A stretch of DNA of 64,000 nucleotides from an uncultured Actinomycetes bacterium (lineage in GTDB: Bacteria; Actinomycetota; Actinomycetes; Mycobacteriales; Jatrophihabitantaceae), in NCBI GenBank assembly GCA_963730855.1, contig CAVSTK010000010.1, positions 53,011-117,010 on the forward strand, written 5' to 3'. The notes beneath the pieces were generated by a model. It searched no databases. It was not told the DNA's origin and saw nothing but the letters and a program-made list of their open reading frames with translations. Positions 18,178 through 28,550 of the stretch are shown here, one piece after another (position 1 is the stretch's first letter; each line of letters begins with the position of its first letter). The position numbers and the translations under genes were made by a program.

Positions 18178-19103
18178 TCAGACAGTGTCCAGGCCGATGT
18201 CGAGCGACGGGGCCGAATGGGTCAGCGCGCCGACGGCCAGGAAGTCGACGCCGGTGGCCGCGTAGGCCGCGCGCGACGTCGAGCGTGAGCCCGCCGCTGG
18301 CCTCGATGACGCACCTCGGGCGCTCGCGATCGGATCCGGGCGACCGCCTCGCGGCACTGCTCGACGTCGAAGTTGTCGAGCAGGATCTGCGGGCGCTCCG
18401 TGCGCGAGCGCCTCGTCGAGCTGGTCGAGGTCGTCGACCTCGACCTGGACGACGATCGACCCGCGCGGGTGGGCCGCCCACACCGCGTCGAGCGCGGCGC
18501 CGACACCGCCGGCGGCGGCGACGTGGTTGTCCTTGATCAGCACGGCGTCGTCGAGGCCGCGGCGGTGGTTGACCCCGCCGCCGCAGCGCACCGCGTACTT
18601 GTCCAGCTCGCGCAGCAGCGGCGTGGTCTTGCGGGTGTCGCGGACCTGCGCGCCGGTGCCCGCGACCGCGTCGACCCAGCGCGCGGTGACCGTCGCGATC
18701 GCCGCACAGGTGGCCGAGCAGGTTCAGCGAGGTGCGCTCGAGCGCGAGCACGGCCCGCGCCGGTCCGCTGATCTCGGCCAGCGCCGTGCCCGGGTGCGAG
18801 CGGATCGCCGTCGGCCACGAGCAGCTGCGAACGTCCAGCCGCCGTCGCCGGCCGAGCCCGATGTCGGCCACCGCGGCCAGCACCGGAAGCCCGGCGGCGG
18901 TGCCGTTCGCCCGGCTGACGTAGCGCGCGCGCGTGATCGGCGTCGGCCGGGACGGTCGCGGCCGAGGTGATGTCGCCGGCGGTGCCGAGGTCCTCGGCCA
19001 GCGCGGCGCGGACGATCAGCCGGCGACCGCGTCGGGGTCGAGGCCGGCCGCGTCGCAGGGCGGCGATCGGTCGTCGCGGCGAGAGCGCGCTCATGCGCGT
19101 CAC
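18178..19103 (-). pseudogene. nadC: Nicotinate-nucleotide pyrophosphorylase NadC, with many frame breaks
   Basis: Fragments lie in alternating frames: IVRAALAEDLGTAGDITSAATVP / DNHVAAAGGVGAALDAVWAAHP..VQVEVDDLDQLDEALAHGA / PQILLDNFDVEQCREAVARI / IEASGGLTLDVA / AAYAATGVDFLAVGALTHSAPSLDIGLD. Confidence 0.85.
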
Positions 19104-20657
19104 CGCGCCGCGGTCTGCGGCCGCGCGACCGGCCGTCCGCCGTCATCGAGGCGCACGACGACGCGGCGCTGCCCACTGCTCGCTGGTGTGCGGGTAGTCG
19201 GCGCGCCAGTGGCAGCCGCGGCTCTCGTGCCGGGCCTCGGCCGCGGCGACGACGGCGCGGGCGACCGTGGCCAGCGGGCCGTCGCCGAGCCCGTCGAGCT
19301 CGCTGCGCTCGCCTGGGCCAGACCGGCACCGTCGCGGCGGACGCCGGCGTGGCGGCTCAGCACCGCGCGAACCTGCGCCGCCGCGTCCGGTCGATCGGGC
19401 GCGGTCAGGTCGGCATCGGCGTCGGTGCGGCGGCGCCGGCAGGTCGAGCACCAGCCGCGCGGCGACCCGGCGGCCGAACACCAGCCCCTCGAGCAGGCTG
19501 TTGGACGCGAGCCGGTTGGCGCCGTGCACGCCGGTCGCGGCGACCTCGCCGACCGCGTACAGCCCGGGCACGTCGGTCGCGCCCCACCGGTCGGTGCGCA
19601 CGCCGCCGCACAGGAAGTGCTCGGCCGGCGCGACCGGGATCGGCTCGCTGGTCGCGTCGATGCCGATCCGCGCGCAGGCGGCGAGGACGGTCGGGAAGCG
19701 CGTCGCGCAGAGTGGTCGGCGCCGATCGCGGTGGCGTCGAGCCAGACGTGAGTCGACCGTGCGTCGCGGCGCATCGACCGCGTCGATCTCGCGGGCGACG
19801 ATGTCGCGCGGGGCGAGGTCGGCCAGCGGGTGCCGGCCGGCCATGATCGGCCGGCCGGCGTGCGTCGAGCAGCACGGCGCCCTCGCCGCGCACGGCCTCC
19901 GATCACCAGCGGCAGCTGGCCCGCTGCGGTCGCGCCGGTGATACAGCGCGGTCGGGTGGAACTGGACGAACTCCATGTCGACCAGCTCGGCGCCGGCGCG
20001 CAGCGCGAGCGCGATGCCGTCGCCGGTGACGGCGGCCGGGTTGGTGCTGGCCTCGTAGGCGTTGCCGATGCCGCCGGTGGCCAGCACGACCGCGCGGGCC
20101 GACACCGTCGACGGCGCCCGCCGGCGATGTCGACGAGCGCGCCGGTGACCTGGCCGCGCGGCGCTGCGGGTCAGCCGCGAGCGCGGTCGCCGCCGTCGAC
20201 GATCTCGACGCCGGCCGCGGCGCCGGCGGCTCGCAGGGTGCGCGCCACCTCGGCGCCGGTGGCGTCGCCGCCGGCGTGCACGACCCGGCGGCGGCGGTGG
20301 CCGCCCTCGAGGGTCAGTCGACAGCCGGCCGTCGGCGCTCGCGGTCGAAGCGCGCGCCGGCGGCGATCAGCTCGGCGACCCGCAGCGGCCCTTCCTCGAC
20401 CAGGCAGCGCAGCTCGGTCGTCGCTGCACAGGCCGGCGCCGGCGACCGCGGTGTCGTGCGCGTGGTCGGCCGGGTCGTCGGCCGGCTCGACCGCGGCGGC
20501 GATGCCGCCCTGGGCCCACGGCGTGCTGCCGTCGCCCTTGCTCAGCACCAGCACCCGGCGGGCGCCGGCCAGGCCGAGCGCCACCGAGAGGCCGGCGACG
20601 CCGGCGCCGATCGACGAGCACGTCGACCTCGTCGAGTCGCAGCTCATTCGCCGCCAC
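19100..20657 (-). pseudogene. nadB: L-aspartate oxidase NadB, with many frame breaks
   Basis: Fragments: DVLV/IGAGVAGLSVALGLAG..VLVLSKG...TPWAQGGIAA; AVVLATGGIGNAYEASTNPAAVTGDGIALALRAGAELVDMEFVQFHPTAL; VPGLYAVGEVAATGVHGANRLASNSLLEGLVFG; ESRGCHWRADYP. GTGA overlap with nadC. Confidence 0.85.
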
Positions 20658-21641
20658 CGGGGTTGCCGATCGCGATCATCCGCTGGACGGCGCGGCGGGC
20701 CCGGACCGCGACGTCGTCGGGCACCGTCGATCTCGTCGCGTCCCTCGCGCAGGCAGCGCAGCAGCAGCTCGGGCGTGGTCATCTTCATGTACCGGCACGA
20801 CGCCTTGGCGTTCATCGGCAGGAAGTTCGTGTGCTGGTTGACCTTGCGCAGCTGGTGCAGCATGCCGATCTCGGTGGCGATCAGCGCGGTGCGGCGCCGT
20901 CATCGTGCGGGCCGCGTCGACCATCCCGCCGGTCGACATGATCCGGGTGCGGTCGGCCGGCAGGTCGCCCTCGCCGGCCAGCCAGATCGCCGAGGACGCG
21001 CAGCCGCACTCGGGGTGCACCAGCAGCTCGGCGTCGGGGTGCGCGGCCACCTGGTCGCGCACGTCGGCCGGGCTGATGCCGGCGTGCACGTGGCACTCGC
21101 CCAGCCAGACCTCGATGTTGTCGCGGCCGGTCATCCGGCGCACGTGCGCGCCGAGGAACTGGTCGGGCAGGAACAGCACCGGGCGTCGCCGGGTCGATCG
21201 ACTCGACGACCTCGACCGCGTTCGAGGACGTGCAGCAGATGTCGGCCTCGGCCTTCACCGCCGCGCTGGTGTTGACGTAGGCGACGACGACCGCGCCCGG
21301 GTGCTCGGCCTTCCAGGCCCGCAGCTGGTCGGCGTCGATCGTGTCGGCCAGCGAGCAGCCGGCCGCGGCGGTCGGCACCAGCACGGTCTTGTCGGGGCTC
21401 AGCAGCTTCGCCGTCTCGGCCATGAAGTGCACGCCGCAGAAGACGATCGTGCTCGGCGTCGGTGCTCGGCCGCGATCCGCGACAGGGCGAGCGAGTCGCC
21501 GACGTGGTCGGCGACGTCCTGGATCTCGGGCGACTGGTAGTTGTGGGCGAGCACGACGGCGTCGCGCTCGCGCGGCCAGCCGGCGGACCTCGTCCTGCCA
21601 GCGTCGAGTGCCGACTCGGCCGGTCGATCGTCGATGGTCAT
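20644..21641 (-). pseudogene. nadA: Quinolinate synthase NadA, with many frame breaks
   Basis: Fragments: [28 protein letters not shown]; [32 protein letters not shown]; [28 protein letters not shown]; [11 protein letters not shown]...GECHVHAGI...LLVHPECGC; [13 protein letters not shown]. Confidence 0.85.
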
Positions 21642-21661
21642 CGGACACCTTCCCGAGGTTT

Positions 21662-21676
21662 TCGCCTGATAGGCGA
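21662..21676. promoter_or_regulatory. Palindrome TCGCCT-GAT-AGGCGA between nadA and nrtR; candidate NrtR operator
   Basis: It is the only perfect inverted repeat I noticed in the 85-bp divergent intergenic region. Confidence 0.35.
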
Positions 21677-21726
21677 TTACTCCTCGTCGACCGTAGCATC
21701 AGCACTGTGGCCGACCGCGACCGAAG

Positions 21727-22442
21727 GTGACCGAGCGCGACCTCGGCTGGCCGAGCTACCCGCACGAGGTGCTGGCCGTCGTGCTGTCGGTGCGCGCGGG
21801 CCGGCTGTGCGTGCTGCTGTGGCAGCGGCAGCCAGCCGCCGCACCGCGGCCGGTGGGCGCTGCCCGGCGGCGGCGTCGCGGCCCGACGAGCGGCTGCGCG
21901 ACGCGATCACCCGCCACCTGGCCGACCAAGGTCGACGTGCGCGAGGTGGCCCACCTCGAGCAGCTGGCCACCCACAGCGCGGTCGCAGCGCGACCCGCGC
22001 GGCCGGGTGCTGGCGACCGCCTACCTCGGGCTGGTGCCCGTCCGACGTCGAGCCCGACGCTGCCCGCCGACACCGCCTGGCAGCCGGTCGACGAGCTGCC
22101 GCCGACCGCGTTCGACCACCACTTCTTCATCGACGCGGCGGTCGACCGGCTGCGGGCGAAGCTGTCCTACACGAACATCGGCTTCGCGCTGGCGCCGCCG
22201 CAGTTCACGATCGCCGAGCTGCGCGACATCGTCAGCGCGGCGCTCGGCTACCAGGTCTCGTCGACCAACCTGACCCGGGTGCTGACCCGGCGGCGCGATG
22301 ATCGAGCCGACCGACGACCACGCGCGCCCGGGCCGAATGGCGGGCGGCCGGCCGGCGACCGTCTACCGGTTCGTCGACACGCGAACTGACCGTCACCGAC
22401 CCGTTCGCGGTGCTCAAACCGCCAAGCCTGCGCAGCAGTTAG
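21727..22442 (+). pseudogene. nrtR: Nudix-related transcriptional regulator NrtR/NdnR-like (Nudix domain plus C-terminal winged helix), frame-broken
   Basis: Fragments: [21 protein letters not shown]; [23 protein letters not shown]; KVDVREVAHLEQLATHS; LPADTAWQPVDELPPTAFDHHFFIDAAVDRLRAKLSYTNIGFALAPPQFTIAELRDIVSAALGYQVSSTNLTRVL; GGRPATVYRF. Divergent from nadABC. Confidence 0.7.
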
Positions 22443-22714
22443 CGCCAGCTGTGGCGGCGACTGGTCCGACCCATGATCAGCAGCACGATTACCGCGCCGA
22501 TGACCGAGCCGATGATTCCGGACGGCTGGATCGCGCCATTCTGCGCGTCGTGATGGAAGAGCACGTAGCCGAGGAATCCGCCGACGAAGGATCCGATGAT
22601 GCCCACGAGGATCGTCATCGGGATCGAGATGTTCTGCCGGCCCGGGATGAGCAGCCGGGCCAGGGCGCCGGCGATGAGTCCGACAATGATGAGGCTGACG
22701 ATGAGGCCGAGCAT
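22439..22714 (-). CDS. GlsB/YeaQ/YmgE-family stress-response membrane protein
   Basis: 91 aa: MLGLIVSLIIVGLIAGALARLLIPGRQ...ILVGIIGSFVGGFLG. Confidence 0.9.
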   Translation of the reverse strand: MLGLIVSLIIVGLIAGALARLLIPGRQNISIPMTILVGIIGSFVGGFLGYVLFHHDAQNGAIQPSGIIGSVIGAVIVLLIMGRTSRRHSWR

Positions 22715-22761
22715 GCTGCACTCCTAAGTTGGTTGGTTGCCATCCGAGGAGTTGATACCCA

Positions 22762-22953
22762 CTATTCGGCGTGTTTGAACGGATGAAGCAGTCGATAAAA
22801 GTTGACCCCGTAGCCCCACCCGTACGTCTTCGGCGTGAACAGACGCCGATCGTCCGGGTTCCACGACCGCCGCTTCCAGCGTTCGGTGGTGGGTTTGTCG
22901 AAGTCGTACGGAAGGCCGGCGTACTTCTTCTCGTCCGGCGATTGATTCGTCAT
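22762..22953 (-). CDS. Small DUF5808-like protein
   Basis: 63 aa: GLPYDFDKPT..RWKRRSWNPDDRRLFTPKTYGWGYGVNFYRLLHP matches the DUF5808 pattern as I recall it. Confidence 0.65.
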   Translation of the reverse strand: MTNQSPDEKKYAGLPYDFDKPTTERWKRRSWNPDDRRLFTPKTYGWGYGVNFYRLLHPFKHAE

Positions 22954-23020
22954 GAGACCACTCGATTCATGAGCTCGACGCGGAACTGTCTGCCGTTCTC
23001 CGTCGACCGTACCTCGCGTC

Positions 23021-23386
23021 TCAGATAGGTGAACCGAACCGGATCACATTGCCATCGGGATCGGTGTGGACCCCCTCGTGGCGCCGCCACGGCATGTCGG
23101 CCGGCGGCAACGTCTCGCCGCCGATCCCGGCCGCGGTCCAGGCGGCATAGACCGCGTCGGCGTCATCCACGTGGATGTAGATGCAGGCGATCGCGCCCGC
23201 GTGGAAGTAGCTCGTCGGCTGATAGGTCAAGTGCAGCTCCACGTCATCGCGGGCGACGAATCCGTAATCGCCACCGTGGTCGTAAGCGCGGACCTCGAAA
23301 CCGAGCCGACGGTAGTGCTCGAGCCCACGCCGCAGGTCACTCACCGGCAGGATCGGATTGACCGCGGTCAGTCGGAAGTCAGTCAC
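23021..23386 (-). CDS. VOC-family (glyoxalase/bleomycin-resistance-like) protein
   Basis: 121 aa: ILPVSDLRRGLEHYRRLGFEV...VELHL...YIHVDDADAVYAAW...PWRRHEGVHTDPDGNVIRF. Confidence 0.85.
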   Translation of the reverse strand: MTDFRLTAVNPILPVSDLRRGLEHYRRLGFEVRAYDHGGDYGFVARDDVELHLTYQPTSYFHAGAIACIYIHVDDADAVYAAWTAAGIGGETLPPADMPWRRHEGVHTDPDGNVIRFGSPI

Positions 23387-23510
23387 CGGTCCAGGTTAGG
23401 GCCACTGTGGCGGAGGTCTCGAAAAAAACGGAGTCATGACCTCCGGATCTGCGCTACGGTGGACAAGAAGCGGAGGCGTGACCTCCGGAAAGATAGTCGA
23501 AGGGACCACC

Positions 23511-25063
23511 GTGACCACCAGCCTGTCCGACGAGGTGGCCGGTCAATCGACCACCGCCACCCGCACCAGCCACCCGGTGGCCGAGCGAGCACCCGAACCC
23601 CCACCACGCCAAGCGCTGGTGGATTCTCGCCGTTCTGGCGATCGCCCAGCTGATGGTGGTCCTCGACGCGACCATCGTGAACATCGCGCTGCCGACCGCG
23701 CAGCACGCCCTCAACTTCTCCAACGGTGACCGGCAGTGGATCGTCACCGGCTACTCGCTCGCGTTCGGCAGCCTGCTGCTCATCGGCGGTCGGCTGGCCG
23801 ACCTGCTCGGCCGCAAGCGGGTCTTCCTCGTCGGCCTGGCCGGCTTCGCGGTCGCCTCGGCCGATCGGTGGCGCCGCCAACGGCTTCGAGATGCTCGTCA
23901 CCGCCCGCGCCGTGCAGGGTGGGTTCGCCGCGCTGCTCGCGCCGGCCGCACTGGCCCTGCTGACGACGACGTTCACCGAGGCCAAGGAGCGCGCCACCGC
24001 GTTCGGCATCTACGGCGCCATCGCCGGCGCCGGCGCCGCGGTCGGGCTGCTGCTCGGCGGCTTCCTCACCGAGTACGCCTCGTGGCGCTGGACGCTGTAC
24101 GTCAACCTGATCTTCGCCGTCGCGGCCCTGGTCGGTGGCGCGATCCTGCTGCGCCACGTGCCGTCCGAGACCCGGCCGAAGCTCGACTGGCCCGGCACGA
24201 TCACCGTCTCGGCCGGCCTGTTCGGCATCGTCTACGGCTTCTCGCACGCCGAGACCGACGGTTGGGCGCAACGGCGTCACCATCGGCTCGCTGATCGCCG
24301 GCGTCGTGCTGGTCGCGGTCTTCGCCTTCATCCAGACCCGCGTCCGCGCAGCCGCTGCTGCCGCTGCGGGTGATCCTCGACCGCAACCGGGGTGGCGCAT
24401 TCTTGCGATGTTCGCCGCCGCGGCCGGCATGTTCGGCGTGTTCCTGTTCCTCACCTACTACCTGCAGGCCACCAAGCACTACAGCGCGGTGCAGACCGGC
24501 GTGGCGTTCCTGCCGATGGTCGGTGCGCTGGTGGTCGTCAGTGCAGTCGTCACGACGCGGCTGGCGACCATCGGTCAGCCCGAAGATCCTGGTCCCGGTC
24601 GGCATGCTGTTCGCCGCGGCCGGCATGTTGGTGCTGACCGGTCTGCACCGTCAGGCAGCAGCTACGTCGGCATCGTGCTGCCGGCCACCTTGCTGGTCGG
24701 CGTCGGTCTGGGCAGCGTGTTCGCCACCGGCTTCAGCCTGTCGCGACGCTCGGGGTCGACGCCGATGACGCCGGTGTCGCCTCGGCCACGGTCAACACCA
24801 TGCAGCAGGTCGGTGGTTCGGTCGGCACCGCGCTGCTGAACACGCTGGCCGCGACTGCGGCGGCGAGCTACGCGGTCGCCCACGTCGGCAATCCCGCAGG
24901 TGGCCCAGCTGGCCGCGGTGCACAGTTACGTCGTCGCGTTCTGGTGGGCGGCCGGCATCTTCGTCGCCGGTGCCGTCGATCGTCGGCGCTGCTGCTGCGG
25001 CCGGGCGTGCCCGACTTACAGCTCGGCGGCCGAGGGACATGTCGTAGTCTGACCAGCAATTGA
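23511..25063 (+). pseudogene. MFS transporter, DHA2/EmrB-QacA family, at least 5 frame breaks
   Basis: Fragments in alternating frames: WWILAVLAIAQLMVVLDATIVNIALPTAQHALNFSNGDRQWIVTGYSLAFGSLLLIGGRLADLLGRKRVFLVGLAGFAVAS / LVTARAVQGGFAALLAPAALALLTTTFTEAKERATAFGIYGAIAGAGAAVGLLLGGFLTEYASWRWTLYVNL / VFLFLTYYLQATKHYSAVQTGVAFLPMVGALVV / MQQVGGSVGTALLNT. Confidence 0.85.
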
Positions 25064-25110
25064 TCAACGATTATGCGGATGGACGGGAGGTGGCGCGATG
25101 ACGGTGCAAG

Positions 25111-25762
25111 ATGTCGCGCGCCTCCCGTCCACTGCGCAAGGACGCCGCGCGTAACCGCGAGCTGCTGATCGAGTCGGCGCGGGTGGTCTTCGCCCGCCGC
25201 GGGCTCGAGGCCAGCCTCGACGACATCGCCCACCAGGCCGGGCTCGGCGTCGGCACGGCCTACCGGCACTTCGCGAACAAGTACGAACTGGCCACCGCGC
25301 TGATGCAGCAGACCATCGACCTGATGGTCGACAGCGCCGAGCAGGCATTGACGGCCGACGATCCATGGGACGGGCTGGTCAGTTTCCTCGAGGCGGCCCT
25401 GACCGCGCAGACGGTCGACCGGGGTCTGCGCGAGGTCCTGATGGGCGTGCACGATCCCGAGAAGATGGAGCAGGTGCACGACCGGCTGATCGGCCCGATC
25501 AGCGAGCTGCTGCTGCGAGCTCAGCGGGCCGGCCGGATCCGGGCCGACGCCGACACCACCGATCTCGGCTTCATCATCGGCATGCTCTGCACGGTCGCCG
25601 ACATGGCCGCCGCGATCGCCGGAGCTGTGGCGGCGCTACCTGACCATCTGCTTGGACGGGCTGCGGCCGGGCGGCACGCCGTTCACGACCCCGCCGCTGA
25701 CCGAGCCCGAGTTCCGCCAGGCGATGGCCACCCACAAGCAGCTGATGACCCGTCGCACCTGA
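25111..25762 (+). pseudogene. TetR-family regulator, one frame break near 25620
   Basis: ARNRELLIESARVVFARRGLEASLDDIAHQAGLGVGTAYRHFANKYEL. The C-terminus resumes in another frame: ELWRRYLTICLDGLRPGGTPFTTPPLTEPEFRQAMATHKQLMTRRT stop. Confidence 0.85.
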
Positions 25763-25797
25763 CGGGCATCCGACTGCAACTTATTCGGCGGCGGCGT

Positions 25798-26821
25798 TCA
25801 GCGATCGGTCGACGGCGTAGAGATCGCGTCCTTGAGCCCGGGCGTCAGATAGGTGGCCTGGTCAGGTGCGCCGACGTCGGTGCCGGGGGGCACGATCTGC
25901 GTCGATCTGATCCAGGACGTCGTCGGACAGGACCACGTCTATGCCCGCGAGCAGGTCGTCGAGGTGCTCCATCGTGCGCGGTCCGATGATCGCGCTGGTC
26001 ACTCCGGGGTGCGTGATCGCGAAGGCCACGGCGAGGTGGGTCATCGGCAGGCCGGCCGCTTGAGCCAGCGGAATTATCTGCTCGATGGCGTCCAGTCGGG
26101 CCTCGTCGGTGAAGCTCGAGAACCGCTCGGCCCGCCGCAGATCGGTCGGCTGCCCCTTGCGGATGCGGCCGGTGAGCATGCCCTTGGCCAGCGGACTCCA
26201 GACCAGCGTGCCCATGCCGTACCGCTCGGCCACCGGCAGCACTTCGGACTCGATGGCGCGATCGAGGATCGAGTACGTCGGCTGCTCGGTGCGGAACCGC
26301 TCGAATCCCCGGCGCTGCGACACCCATTGGGCCTCGACCATCTCGGACGCCGGCATGGACGACGATCCGATCGCGCGCACCTTGCCGCTGCGGATCAGAT
26401 CGGTGAGCGCCGACAACGTCTCTTCCATGTCGGTGTCGGGATCAGGTCGGTGGATCTGATAAAGGTCGACGTGGTCGGTCTGCAGTCGGCGTAGCGAGTT
26501 CTCGATCGCTGTCATGATCCAGCGGCGCGAGAGCCCCTGCTGATTGGGGTCGCTGGGGTTGTCGCCCATCACGTTGCGCATCTTGGTGGCCAGCACGACC
26601 TCGTCCCGGCGCCCCTTCAGGGCCTTGCCGACGATCTCTTCGGACTCACCGCGCGAGTACACGTCGGCGGTGTCGATGAAGTTGATCCCGGCATCGAGCG
26701 CCTTGTGGATGATGCGGATCGAGTCGTCGTGATCGGGGTTGCCGATGCTGCCGAACATCATTGCGCCGAGCGCGTACGGGCTGACATTGATGCCGGTCCG
26801 GCCGAGGGGGCGATACTGCAT
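25798..26821 (-). pseudogene. Aldo/keto reductase, one frame break near 25905
   Basis: MQYRPLGRTGINVSPYALGAMMFG...IDTADVYSRGESEEIVGKAL...HVDLYQIHRPD. The last ~35 aa (IVPPGTDVGAPDQATYLTPGLKDAISTPSTDR stop) are in another frame. AGGAG lies upstream of ATG 26821. Confidence 0.88.
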
Positions 26822-26935
26822 GGGGCTCCTACCGATCGAGTACTTATCTGGCAGTGATTTGGCGTGGTGCGCGTGGTAGCGGATGGCCGAGCTGCCCGCC
26901 AATATAGTTCGGTCCGATTTGGGTAAGGCCACGAC

Positions 26936-27826
26936 ATGTTGGTATTGGTTACCGGTGCGTCCGGGTTCGTCGGTGCGCGCCTGATCCCTGCTCTGATCGA
27001 TGCCGGCCACACGGTGCGGGCGATGACCCGCACCCCTTCGACCTATCAAGGTGCCGGCGAGGTGGTCGAGGGCGACGTGATGGATCCGCGCAGCCTGCAC
27101 GACGCACTGCAGGGTGTCGACGCCGCCTATTACCTCGTCCACTCACTCGAACGGTCGGATTTTGTCGAGCGCGACGAGACCGGCGCCCGTAATTTCGCCG
27201 CCGCGGCGTCGGCGGCGGCGCTGGAGCGGATCATCTATCTCGGCGGGCTCGGCGTTGACGACGGCGCGCTGTCGGCTCATCTGCGATCACGCCGGCGGGT
27301 GGAGAAGGTGCTTCAGTCGGGGACCGTCTCGGTGACCGTGCTGCGGGCCGCCGTTATCGTCGGCCACGGTGGGATCTCGTGGGAGATCACCCGTCAGTTG
27401 GTCGAGCACCTGCCCGCCCTGCTCACCCCGAGATGGGTAAGCACCCGAACCCAGCCGATCGGCGTCGATGACGTGATTCGCTACCTGGTCGGCGTGCTCG
27501 AACCCGAGGAGGCCCGGGGCCAGACCTACGAGATCGGCGGCCCCGATGTGCTGCGCTACATAGACATGCTGACGCGCGCTGCTGCCGTTCAGGGCAAGTC
27601 GCTGCCCAGCCTGACCGTCCCGCTGCTGACGCCGCGACTGTCGTCGGCGTGGCTGGCGCTTGTCACCGACGTCGACCTCGCCACCGCTCGCAACCTGGTC
27701 GATTCGATGACCAACGAGGTAATCGTGCACGACGAGTCGATCCGCGACGTCGTCCCGGGCGACACGATTCGTTATGAGGATGCGGTTCGGCGAGCGCTCG
27801 ACGAGCGGGCCGCCGCCGGTGCCTGA
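26936..27826 (+). CDS. NAD(P)H-binding SDR/NmrA-like oxidoreductase
   Basis: MLVLVTGASGFVGARLIPALIDAGHTVRAMTR Rossmann motif; 296 aa. Confidence 0.85.
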   Translation: MLVLVTGASGFVGARLIPALIDAGHTVRAMTRTPSTYQGAGEVVEGDVMDPRSLHDALQGVDAAYYLVHSLERSDFVERDETGARNFAAAASAAALERIIYLGGLGVDDGALSAHLRSRRRVEKVLQSGTVSVTVLRAAVIVGHGGISWEITRQLVEHLPALLTPRWVSTRTQPIGVDDVIRYLVGVLEPEEARGQTYEIGGPDVLRYIDMLTRAAAVQGKSLPSLTVPLLTPRLSSAWLALVTDVDLATARNLVDSMTNEVIVHDESIRDVVPGDTIRYEDAVRRALDERAAAGA

Positions 27827-27837
27827 ACCGGAACCGG

Positions 27838-28461
27838 ATGCCCGCCGGCCGCTCGTCGTCGGCCTCACCGGTCATCGCGGCGGCCGTGCTCCTGGGCCTT
27901 TCGTTCGCGCAGCCGGCCGGCTCGACCGCGTTCTACCTGTACACGCTGATCCTGGCCGGGGTCAGCGTCCTCGGCGCCCGGCTGTCCGGGCCGCTCCCGG
28001 TCGGCCGCTTCCCGGTGTCGGGGCGCCTGCGGTCCCCGGCCGCCGCGATCGGCGTCGGCGTCCTCGCGGGCGCTGTGTTCGTCGCCGGCGCCGCCGTCGT
28101 TCGCGAGATCAGCCCACTGCGCGGTCTTGTCGACGATGTCGTCACCCATACCCATGGCACGTCGTTCGCGCTCATCCTGCTGGTGACCGTCCTCAACGCG
28201 ATCGGCGAGGAGTTGCTCTTCCGCGGCGCCGTTTATGGCATCGCCCGCCGATGGAGCTGGGCGCCGCTGACGACGACCGTCGTGTACACCGCTGTTGTCG
28301 CCGTGTCGGGCGACCTGGCCCTGATCTTTGCCGCGCTGGTCCTCGGCGGACTGCTGGCGTTCGTCCGCAAGATCAGCGGGGGAGTGATGGCTCCGATGCT
28401 GGTCCACGTCACCTGGTCGGTCATCCTGCTGCTCGCCCTACCGCCGCTGTTCGGTCACTGA
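27838..28461 (+). CDS. CPBP-family intramembrane glutamic endopeptidase (CAAX protease-like)
   Basis: Multi-TM protein with the motif NAIGEELLFRGAVYG and a later H-containing helix (MLVHVTWS). Confidence 0.85.
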   Translation: MPAGRSSSASPVIAAAVLLGLSFAQPAGSTAFYLYTLILAGVSVLGARLSGPLPVGRFPVSGRLRSPAAAIGVGVLAGAVFVAGAAVVREISPLRGLVDDVVTHTHGTSFALILLVTVLNAIGEELLFRGAVYGIARRWSWAPLTTTVVYTAVVAVSGDLALIFAALVLGGLLAFVRKISGGVMAPMLVHVTWSVILLLALPPLFGH

Positions 28462-28526
28462 TCCGGTCGTCGGCAACCATCCGGCCGGCCTCGAAGAGCA
28501 CTTGCGGTCGTTCAGATCCACCACTA

Positions 28527-28550
28527 ACGTACAACCACATGGTTGTACGT
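28527..28550. promoter_or_regulatory. Perfect 10-4-10 inverted repeat ACGTACAACC-acat-GGTTGTACGT spanning the ArsR start codon; candidate autoregulatory operator
   Basis: Read directly from the sequence. ATG 28539-28541 straddles the spacer and right arm. Confidence 0.6.
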
